Source: Escherichia phage UPEC03
Strand: one strand, 5' to 3'
Length of the DNA stretch: 64,000 bases
Sequence record: MW250785
Shown one piece after another: positions 56,943 through 64,000 of this stretch. The first letter of the stretch is position 1, and each line of letters starts with the position of its first letter. Both the position numbers and the translations under genes were made by a program. The notes beneath the pieces were generated by a model, which saw nothing but the letters and a program-made list of their open reading frames with translations, had not been told where the DNA came from and ran no database searches.

Positions 56943-57456
56943 ATCACATGGAGGTGGAAACCGAACAATTGATGATGAAATTTCTTCAATAAATGAACTA
57001 CTTCCTATGTTGGATGTTGATGTTGTATTAGGAAAGATATACTGGAAAAACTCACCTCGTAAGAGCGTCCCTGCTGGAACTGAAGCAGGGAGTAAGACAA
57101 AACATGGTTACGTTGCTATCGGGTATAAAAAGACGTATTATAGACGACATCGAATAATATTTTACGTCGCTAATGGTTATCTTCCTCTCGTAGTAGATCA
57201 CAAACACGGTGTTGAATCTGGTGATGGAATAGATAACCTGCAAGACATCACGCAACAACAAAACTCCGTTAAAATGAGAATGAGTAGAAGGAATTCTTCT
57301 GGGTTTAGAGGGGTTTCCTTTCACCAAAAATCAGGAAAATGGCAATCATGTATTGTGTATAATAGAAAAACAATATATCTTGGTTTGTATGAAACACCAG
57401 AACTTGCACATAGTGCATATACAGACAAGCGAAAAGAATTATTTGGTGAAATATGA
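56926..57456 (+). CDS. HNH homing endonuclease with AP2-type DNA-binding domain
   Basis: 176 aa; GKIYWKN...RHRIIFY...GYLP..VDHKHG...NL then AP2-like GFRGVSFHQKSGKWQSCIVYNRKTIYLGLYETPELAHSAY; paralog of 37753-38250. Confidence 0.75.
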   Translation: MKLKTKSHGGGNRTIDDEISSINELLPMLDVDVVLGKIYWKNSPRKSVPAGTEAGSKTKHGYVAIGYKKTYYRRHRIIFYVANGYLPLVVDHKHGVESGDGIDNLQDITQQQNSVKMRMSRRNSSGFRGVSFHQKSGKWQSCIVYNRKTIYLGLYETPELAHSAYTDKRKELFGEI

Positions 57457-59144
57457 AATTAAATTTCCGTAAAATTAAGTATCAAAATATTCTGTCGGTC
57501 GGGAACACCCCGATCGAACTGGAATTTGATACGGCAAAGAAAACCCTGATCACGGGGAAAAACGGTGGCGGTAAATCGACACTGATCGAGGCGTTAACCT
57601 ATGCCCTGTTCGGTAAATCATTCCGCGATCTAAAAGTCGGGCAGTTGGTGAACAGCGTCAACAAAAAGAAATGCCTGGTTGAACTGGAAATCGAATACGG
57701 GAAAGACTCGTACAAAGTGGTGCGCGGACAAAAGCCGAAGGTGTTCGAGATCTGGAAGAACGGTGAGAAGTTGCCGGAAGACTCCGCAGCAGGTGATTAT
57801 CAGGCACAGCTTGAATCTATGCTGAACATCAACCTTGTGGGCTTCAAACAGGTTATCGTTCTGGGTACAGCGGGTTACACCCCATTCATGGAACTGAAAA
57901 CCCCAGAACGCCGGAAACTGGTTGAAGATTTGCTGTCTCTGTCCGTCATCAGTGAAATGGATAAGCTGAACAAGTCATACATTCGCGGTGTTAATCAGCA
58001 GTTGGATACGCTCTCAATGCAGGGTAATCACATCCAGCAGCAGATCGCAACACATCAGCGCTTCATTGACGAACAGCGAGCGAAAGCGAACCAGAACAAC
58101 GCCCGATACAAAGAGATCTATGATAGCCACGTAGAAACCGCAAAGAACATCAAAGCACAGCTTATGCAGTTGCAAGCGGAGATTGCGGAATCGGTGATCA
58201 CTGGAGAAGACCGGACGGAAGATATCAACAAACTCCGTGACGGTTATTCGCGGCTCTCAATGACTGTAGAACAGTTTAAAAAGCTGGAGGTGATGTATCA
58301 GAAAGGCGGTGAGTGTCCGGCCTGTAAGCAAGCGATTAAACCCACTCCTGAGCGTATGGCGGAGATCGCAGAGAACATCAAAGCGGGCACACAACGTTTA
58401 ACCCTGATCAAAACCAAACAGGACGAGTTACAAGGGATCATGAATGACTTGCTGCAACAGCAACGCGCACTCAATGCCCTGAAAACCAAATATGAAGCCC
58501 TGAAAGGTACTCTGCAAAACGAAGTTGCCAATGCTAAACGAGCACAGGCGATCATGGAACAGGCAAGCGCGGAAGTAGTCATTGATGAAGAACCCGTGAA
58601 GCAGTTGCAACAGCAGGAAGCAGAACTGAACGAAAAACGACAAGGCTACGTCAAGGAAAAATACATTCGTGGTATTGTTACTGATATGTTGAAAGATTCC
58701 GGCGTTAAGGCCAGCATTGTTAAGCGCTATATTCCGTACTTCAACAAACAGATAGCATATTATCTGGATCTGTTGGGTGCGGATTACCAGTTCACTTTAG
58801 ATGACGAGTTCAACGAATCGATCAAATCACTGGGGCGCGATGATTTCAGTTATGCGTCATTCAGTCAAGGCGAACGTGCTCGCATCAACTTGTCTATTCT
58901 GTTCACATGGCGTGACGTGACAAGTAAAGTATCAGGCGTGGATCTGTCTCTGCTGATTATGGACGAAGTTTTCGATAACGCTCTTGATAAAGAAGGTGCG
59001 TTTGCTGTAGGGGCTGTTCTGAATGGTATTGATGGTAATATCATGGTGATTAGCCACAACGATTTAGACCCTGGTGATTTCGATCGTCATATCGTCATGG
59101 CTAAATTGGGGCGCTTCTCGAAGATGGAAATCAAGAAGTCTTAA
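57453..59144 (+). CDS. 46: recombination endonuclease subunit (Rad50/SbcC-like ATPase)
   Basis: 563 aa (T4 gp46 is 560); Walker A GKNGGGKST, central coiled coil with CPAC zinc hook, C-terminal LLIMDEVFD. Confidence 0.9.
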   Translation: MKLNFRKIKYQNILSVGNTPIELEFDTAKKTLITGKNGGGKSTLIEALTYALFGKSFRDLKVGQLVNSVNKKKCLVELEIEYGKDSYKVVRGQKPKVFEIWKNGEKLPEDSAAGDYQAQLESMLNINLVGFKQVIVLGTAGYTPFMELKTPERRKLVEDLLSLSVISEMDKLNKSYIRGVNQQLDTLSMQGNHIQQQIATHQRFIDEQRAKANQNNARYKEIYDSHVETAKNIKAQLMQLQAEIAESVITGEDRTEDINKLRDGYSRLSMTVEQFKKLEVMYQKGGECPACKQAIKPTPERMAEIAENIKAGTQRLTLIKTKQDELQGIMNDLLQQQRALNALKTKYEALKGTLQNEVANAKRAQAIMEQASAEVVIDEEPVKQLQQQEAELNEKRQGYVKEKYIRGIVTDMLKDSGVKASIVKRYIPYFNKQIAYYLDLLGADYQFTLDDEFNESIKSLGRDDFSYASFSQGERARINLSILFTWRDVTSKVSGVDLSLLIMDEVFDNALDKEGAFAVGAVLNGIDGNIMVISHNDLDPGDFDRHIVMAKLGRFSKMEIKKS

Positions 59145-59841
59145 ACTTGCAGTTGTCAAAATGCCATCGTTTCATATTGGTGGCATCACCAACTTTAGCG
59201 CAATGGGGGCAAGTTAATTGCTCCCTTTTCTTTTGTATTTTTCTGTCTGGGTTCTGGGTACAATATGGAATATGGCTGTTCAAGTAATGCACTGTCGATT
59301 CTGTACCACAATGAGGACAAGAACCGCGATCTGATACTACGTTGCTGTTTTTATGTGCTCGCATGACTCCTGCAAATGCATTCACTTTCCCTTCATTGCC
59401 TGGCTTGTGCTTGCAGTTGTCGAAGTGCCAGCGGTTCATATTACCTACTAAGCCGGACGTATTGCAATGAGGACACGTAACCCTGTTCTGTTGAAGTTTG
59501 GCCTGTCTCATGCGTAAGCGTGTCTCTTCGCTGAACTCTTTTTGTTTCTGGGCTTCAAGTGCTTTTTCTTTTAACCATCCATAGCGGCGGTTTGCTGTAC
59601 GCGCAGACGATCGAGAAGTGCCGACTGTAAGCATGTTAGCAGCATAAATTAGTTTATGGTTGCCTGGATACATCTTAACCAATAGCAGATGTGCTATGAA
59701 ATGTTGACGTGCTGACAGTTCAACCAGATTTTCGGGATCGTCCGATCCTCCCATACATTTTGGAACGATGTGATGTTTCTCTTTGTACTTTGCATCCGTT
59801 CCGGTAGTCATGAGTTGTTCGTAAATCTTATGATAATTCAT
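59131..59841 (-). CDS. HNH homing endonuclease with triple zinc-finger repeats
   Basis: 236 aa; HHIVPKCMGGSDDPENLVELSARQHFIAH HNH core and three CPHC...WHFDNCK repeats; convergent with and overlapping the gene 46 stop. Confidence 0.75.
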   Translation of the reverse strand: MNYHKIYEQLMTTGTDAKYKEKHHIVPKCMGGSDDPENLVELSARQHFIAHLLLVKMYPGNHKLIYAANMLTVGTSRSSARTANRRYGWLKEKALEAQKQKEFSEETRLRMRQAKLQQNRVTCPHCNTSGLVGNMNRWHFDNCKHKPGNEGKVNAFAGVMRAHKNSNVVSDRGSCPHCGTESTVHYLNSHIPYCTQNPDRKIQKKREQLTCPHCAKVGDATNMKRWHFDNCKFKTS

Positions 59842-59889
59842 GATGATGAACCCTGTTTGATAGTCCGTTAGATACCCCTATTTAGGAAC

Positions 59890-60087
59890 ATGATTATGTT
59901 AGAACGTGAATTTGATTTAAAGACCTCTCCCGAAGTGGAGAGGTTTTATCTCCATAATGAACTATTGGAAGAAAAACATGTAGTTACAATGGCAGATGTT
60001 GAGGAAGCATTCAAAGATAACCCCATTGAATTGACACGCATCAAGAATAATAAATCTTCGGTGTGGTTCCTCGAAAAAATCTATTGA
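59890..60087 (+). CDS. hypothetical protein (65 aa)
   Basis: Short ORF, plus strand. Confidence 0.4.
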   Translation: MIMLEREFDLKTSPEVERFYLHNELLEEKHVVTMADVEEAFKDNPIELTRIKNNKSSVWFLEKIY

Positions 60088-60158
60088 CAGCAAAACATAA
60101 ATACCTTAAAGTTGCCCGTGTACTGAGTTACATGGGCTTTTATTTTGAGGAACGGAAA

Positions 60159-61859
60159 ATGATTAACGAACAAATGTCACACAGCGAAGCATTGAAGATT
60201 TTGGGCGCTACTGGCGACGAATCTAAAGCTGAACTGTCAAAGCTCTTTAAACGTGCTTCTCTGCGCAATCACCCCGACCGTGGTGGTAGCACTGAACTCA
60301 TGCAGAAAATCAACCAGGCGTATGACGTTGTAACCAAAACAAACAGCGCTGGTAAAACTTACAGTGATGTTCGCGCAGAACACGCAGCAAACAAAAAAGC
60401 ATGGGAAGAAAAATTTGCAGCGTATTTCGTGGTTGCGAAAAACTATTTCAGCACGAAATTCAACGCGCAAGAGTTCGCGGAATACTTCACGAAATTCACC
60501 GGACAACCAACAACCTATACTCAGTCAATCAGCGAAGTTCGCGGTCATACTGTTCACGCGACATATCGTTTCACCTCTGGTGATGCGTTCTTTGACTTCT
60601 CTTTCTCTTGTCAACCGCCGAACGGTCAAGGTTTAGCAGCGCCGGACGCGTCCGCACTGGGTAGCGTATCGGTTAATACTCTGGTTCTGGTTGGTACGAA
60701 GAAACACAAAATGGCAAGCCGTGATTACCAATGGGGCAAGAACCCAGACAAAATCACGCCGGAAAGCCTGTTCCCTGCTAAGAAACTGGAATCCATCTTT
60801 AGCCCGACTAAGAAGGATCTCAAGTTCAAACGCGCAGACTACATGACATCCTTTGCCCGTATCTTGGGTGCGAAGGTTAGCGGTAACGATGTTATTGTTG
60901 ATGTTGGACACTATAAAGTTCACTTCTACCGTCACGTATTCATGCGTAAAGGCGCGTATGTGTTCCAGTATGTTGTTGACCCAACTGTGAACAAATTCAA
61001 ACCTGCTGAACGTCTGAAAGGTACTATGCTGGAAGATGAAGACGGTGCATGTCTGGATATGATCATCGACACTTTCAAAGAAATGCAGAAAGTGAAACCA
61101 GACGCAAGCGGCATCGCAGCGGTAATCGACCGGATGAACGCAGAGTTTGCAGCGGGGCATCGTTCAGCATCTTTTGTTAAACGTACCGCACAGCAAGCAG
61201 CAGCACCAGCGCCGGAAGAGAAACCAAAACGCACCGTTAACCGCATCAATAAAGATGACTATTTCAACGCACTGAAACAAGCAGGGGCAACATTCCGCAG
61301 TAACTACGGTGAGTTTGATAACGGCGCGGGTTTGACTTTCCACTTCAAACGCGAGATCAGCAACCGCAAAGGTTTCTGGAGTTTCAGCAGCTTTGATTTC
61401 ATGCACTCCGGTCAGAAACATGTGGAATGGTTGAAAGATATCGACATTGATGAGGATAGCAAAGGCGCAAGTATCGGTTTGCTGGTTGATACCCTGAAAC
61501 AACTTCGTGGTGTTGCTGACTGGTACACAGCCCGTAAGATCCTTGAAGGTATGCGTGATAACTTCAAGGCTGGTAAATTCTCCGCACCTCATGTGAAGAA
61601 AGAAGCCGAACAGAAACGCACTGAAACGCAAGCTAAGGACGAGTTAGGCGCACAGCCTACGAAACCACAGGCAGCGAATAAAGAATCCCCAGCGGTTGAT
61701 AAGGCGCATCAGGCACAGATGGATCGTGAGAAGTCACAGATGAATGCAACCATTCGTTCTATGCTCTCTGCCCTGGTTAAAGCCGGACGCAAAGACACGC
61801 CGGAAGAAATTAAAAAAGCAGTCGATGAAGCAATCGCTCTTTGGCGCTTGAAACACTAA
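60159..61859 (+). CDS. J-domain (DnaJ-like) protein with large C-terminal domain of unknown function
   Basis: Start set at MINEQ with GAGGAA RBS; J-domain signature SEALKILGATGDESKAELSKLFKRASLRNHPDRGG with HPD tripeptide; about 566 aa. Confidence 0.7.
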   Translation: MINEQMSHSEALKILGATGDESKAELSKLFKRASLRNHPDRGGSTELMQKINQAYDVVTKTNSAGKTYSDVRAEHAANKKAWEEKFAAYFVVAKNYFSTKFNAQEFAEYFTKFTGQPTTYTQSISEVRGHTVHATYRFTSGDAFFDFSFSCQPPNGQGLAAPDASALGSVSVNTLVLVGTKKHKMASRDYQWGKNPDKITPESLFPAKKLESIFSPTKKDLKFKRADYMTSFARILGAKVSGNDVIVDVGHYKVHFYRHVFMRKGAYVFQYVVDPTVNKFKPAERLKGTMLEDEDGACLDMIIDTFKEMQKVKPDASGIAAVIDRMNAEFAAGHRSASFVKRTAQQAAAPAPEEKPKRTVNRINKDDYFNALKQAGATFRSNYGEFDNGAGLTFHFKREISNRKGFWSFSSFDFMHSGQKHVEWLKDIDIDEDSKGASIGLLVDTLKQLRGVADWYTARKILEGMRDNFKAGKFSAPHVKKEAEQKRTETQAKDELGAQPTKPQAANKESPAVDKAHQAQMDREKSQMNATIRSMLSALVKAGRKDTPEEIKKAVDEAIALWRLKH

Positions 61860-61875
61860 CTGGTTATGCTATAAT

Positions 61876-61906
61876 GGGAACTGTTGAAAAGCAGTTCCCT
61901 TTTTTA
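61876..61906 (+). terminator. rho-independent terminator
   Basis: gggaactgttgaaaagcagttccc hairpin followed by ttttttat. Confidence 0.7.
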
Positions 61907-61916
61907 TGAGGTGAGT

Positions 61917-62144
61917 ATGATTATTCAGGTATCGGTTCAGGGTAACACTCTGACAGTAACCAATTCCATTATGACCGCTATGGCTGCATGTCGTGATTAT
62001 GTGATGTCAAACCCTCCGGTAACGGAAATTCTGGAAATTGATGTATGGGAAGACGGTGTGATCGAAGAATCCTTTGGGTTCACTCCGTTAGAAGAAGATT
62101 TACGCAAAATGGAACAATGGTTATGGCAAACTGTACCCCAATGA
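61917..62144 (+). CDS. hypothetical protein (75 aa)
   Basis: Start set at MIIQV with RBS gaggtgagtATG. Confidence 0.45.
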   Translation: MIIQVSVQGNTLTVTNSIMTAMAACRDYVMSNPPVTEILEIDVWEDGVIEESFGFTPLEEDLRKMEQWLWQTVPQ

Positions 62145-62398
62145 AACTACCAAAACACACAACCCTGTTAACCCGCGAAAAACTCCATTCTGTTGAATGG
62201 AGTCCGTTAGATGTGATGGTTTTCGATCTGGAATCCAAAATCATTAACGAGCATGTTAACGGATTGAGTATCTTTTCTGTTGAATTTGGAAAGATTCGCG
62301 GGTATAATGAATCCTGTAAAGACAAATTGCGTGTCATGGTTGAAGCTATGGGCTACATCGTGACTATTGAAGACAACAAAATGTGGATCGCGCTATGA
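62141..62398 (+). CDS. hypothetical protein (85 aa)
   Basis: ATGA start/stop overlap with previous ORF; start at MKLPKHT. Confidence 0.45.
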   Translation: MKLPKHTTLLTREKLHSVEWSPLDVMVFDLESKIINEHVNGLSIFSVEFGKIRGYNESCKDKLRVMVEAMGYIVTIEDNKMWIAL

Positions 62399-62976
62399 GC
62401 AAAGTAAAAGCAGTTTTCGCCGTTGGTCATGATATGTACGAAGTGGACTATGCTTTCGGTTATGAACAGGGTTTGCCGTGGGGCCACTGCAAAGAGGATT
62501 TGCAGAACTTCAAAGCAGAAACCGCAAATAGCGTCCTGATCATGGGTGCGAACACTTTTACTTCTCTGCCTGGTAAATTGCCAGGGCGAGTTCATTGCGT
62601 TCTGTCTGCGTCCGGTCAACGTCTGGTAACGAAGAACGGGAATACCGCTGATTACATCATCCACGGCGGCGGGTTGTCTGCTGCAATCGACGTGATGAAA
62701 GCAACGCATCCAGATAGTGATGTGTGTATCATTGGCGGTAAGGGGTTGCTTCTGGAAGCAATCAATAATAAACTGGTTGATGAAGTGGTTGTGACCCACA
62801 TTTACGGACATCATGCATATAATGCACCCGCGTTTAAACGTGATGTTTCGTTCACTGTTCCTGAATTCTGCGAAGCGGTTCTGAAATATGAACTGACCGA
62901 TTTCAAAATTCAACAGATCGAATCAAACGAACGCGTCAGAAAAATTATCGTCGATCGACATACGAAAAAGGCATAA
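62395..62976 (+). CDS. frd: dihydrofolate reductase
   Basis: 193 aa; start at MSKVKAVFAV by ATGA overlap; GLPW and IMGANTF motifs typical of DHFR. Confidence 0.85.
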   Translation: MSKVKAVFAVGHDMYEVDYAFGYEQGLPWGHCKEDLQNFKAETANSVLIMGANTFTSLPGKLPGRVHCVLSASGQRLVTKNGNTADYIIHGGGLSAAIDVMKATHPDSDVCIIGGKGLLLEAINNKLVDEVVVTHIYGHHAYNAPAFKRDVSFTVPEFCEAVLKYELTDFKIQQIESNERVRKIIVDRHTKKA

Positions 62977-62977
62977 A

Positions 62978-63832
62978 ATGAAACAATATCTTGATATCGT
63001 CAACACCGTTCTAACACACGGTACTGAATCAACCGATCGTACTGGTGTTGGTACACTGCGCATCTTCGGGATGCAAGCACGTTGGAACCTCGCAGAAGGT
63101 TTCCCAGCTACTACCAGCAAACAGCTATTCTTCAAACCGTGTAAGCATGAATTACAATGGTTCCTCGAAGGTTCTACCAACGTGGAAACACTGCGTAAAA
63201 TGACGTGGGGTGAAGATAGCGATAAGCGGACGATCTGGGACGATAACTACGAAAATCAGGCTAAAGCGCTGGGTTATACGCATGGTTATCTGGGGCCGAT
63301 CTACGGGCATCAATGGCGCTCGTTTGGTGAGGAAGGTTCTTTTTATGGTGTTGACCAGATTGCAAAAATCATCGAACAACTGAAAACCACACCAGACGAT
63401 CGCGGGATCATCGTTTCCGCATGGAACCCTGTTGATCTGGATGATATGGCTCTGCGTCCGTGTCACTGTTTCTTCCAGTTCGTCGTAATCAACGGTAAAC
63501 TGTCTCTACAGTGGTATCAGCGTTCAGTTGATGTCTTCTTAGGGTTGCCGTTCAATATCGCCTCCTACGCTCTCCTGACGCATATTATCGCTGATATTTG
63601 CGGGTATGAAGTGGGCGATCTGGTTTGGACTGGCGGTGATGTCCATATCTACAAAAACGCAGTAGAACAAGCGAAAGAGTTGTTGAAGCCGGAACGCGCA
63701 CCGCTTCCACTTCCGACCCTCGTAATGCCGAAGGTAAATAGCTTACTTGATTTGGATCAAGAATTCTTTGACTCCATCCATTTGAAAGACTATAATCACC
63801 ACGGCTCGCTAAAAGCAGCTATGGCAGTATAA
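62978..63832 (+). CDS. td: thymidylate synthase, uninterrupted
   Basis: 284 aa single ORF; TGVGT, PCH active-site cysteine region (MALRPCHCFFQF), C-terminal MAV. Confidence 0.9.
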   Translation: MKQYLDIVNTVLTHGTESTDRTGVGTLRIFGMQARWNLAEGFPATTSKQLFFKPCKHELQWFLEGSTNVETLRKMTWGEDSDKRTIWDDNYENQAKALGYTHGYLGPIYGHQWRSFGEEGSFYGVDQIAKIIEQLKTTPDDRGIIVSAWNPVDLDDMALRPCHCFFQFVVINGKLSLQWYQRSVDVFLGLPFNIASYALLTHIIADICGYEVGDLVWTGGDVHIYKNAVEQAKELLKPERAPLPLPTLVMPKVNSLLDLDQEFFDSIHLKDYNHHGSLKAAMAV

Positions 63833-63834
63833 AC

Positions 63835-63857
63835 AAAGGGGGCGAAAGCCCCTTTCT
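63835..63857 (+). terminator. rho-independent terminator
   Basis: aaagggggcgaaagcccctttc. Confidence 0.65.
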
Positions 63858-63872
63858 TAACAAGGTAAGATA

Positions 63873-64000
63873 ATGAGTGATATTAAAACAGTAGTGAAGT
63901 CTTCTGGCGTAAGTCAAACGTTCGAAAAAGAAAAACTGTTCAAAGTCCTTAATTGGGCGAGTATTGGAAGAAATATTGATGTTAACGCATTCCTTGAAAG
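63873..64000 (+). CDS. nrdA: ribonucleotide reductase alpha subunit, N-terminal fragment (runs off window end)
   Basis: MSDIKTVVKSSGVSQTFEKEKLFKVLNWAS resembles the recalled T4 NrdA N-terminus (VIKSSGVSQSF...KVLSWA). Confidence 0.75.
   Translation, partial: MSDIKTVVKSSGVSQTFEKEKLFKVLNWASIGRNIDVNAFLE

Noticed and set aside
60063-60158. Upstream extension (MVPRKNLL...) of the J-domain ORF
   Set aside because: It would start at a GTG without an RBS and overlaps the preceding small ORF; the ATG at 60159 has a GAGGAA RBS and begins exactly at the J domain.
62978-63832. Group I intron or intron-borne endonuclease in td
   Set aside because: td is a single uninterrupted ORF of the expected length; no intron-sized non-coding insert is present.

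Overview
This window is a contiguous piece of a T4-like myovirus genome (Tevenvirinae-type), not T4 itself: translated ORFs align to my recalled T4 proteins at moderate identity and gene order differs in places. All identifications are from reading the six-frame translations against remembered T4/T2 sequences and motifs; no database search was run. Layout: (1) 1-7.3 kb, plus strand: truncated Seg-like homing endonuclease, NrdG, NrdC-like thioredoxin, a P-loop NTPase and hypotheticals. (2) 7.4-18.8 kb, plus strand: long-tail-fibre module gp34, gp35, two paralogous distal-fibre genes, T2-type glycine-rich gp38 adhesin, holin t, with TATAAATA-type late promoters. (3) 18.8-54.2 kb, minus strand: early/replication region with ndd, rIIB, rIIA, gp52, fused gp39, denV, dexA, dda, gp56, gp61, gp41, uvsX, gp43, regA, gp62, gp44, gp45, gp32, gp59, gp33, dsbA, rnh, interspersed with small hypothetical genes. 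(4) 54.5-64 kb, plus strand: gp55, gp47, gp46, a J-domain protein, frd, intron-less td and the start of nrdA. Most worth a second look: a perfect 91-bp tandem duplication that frameshifts the first distal tail-fibre gene; the two-paralog fibre architecture with C-terminal intramolecular-chaperone domains; an in-frame TAA inside rnh; two tandem DUF2829-like (possibly Tad2-like) small genes; an orphan gamma-class amino-methyltransferase between gp61 and gp41; a large J-domain protein; a PspA-like coiled-coil gene; four free-standing homing-endonuclease genes; and an inverted-repeat element between divergent early promoters. No rRNA, tRNA or CRISPR array was seen.
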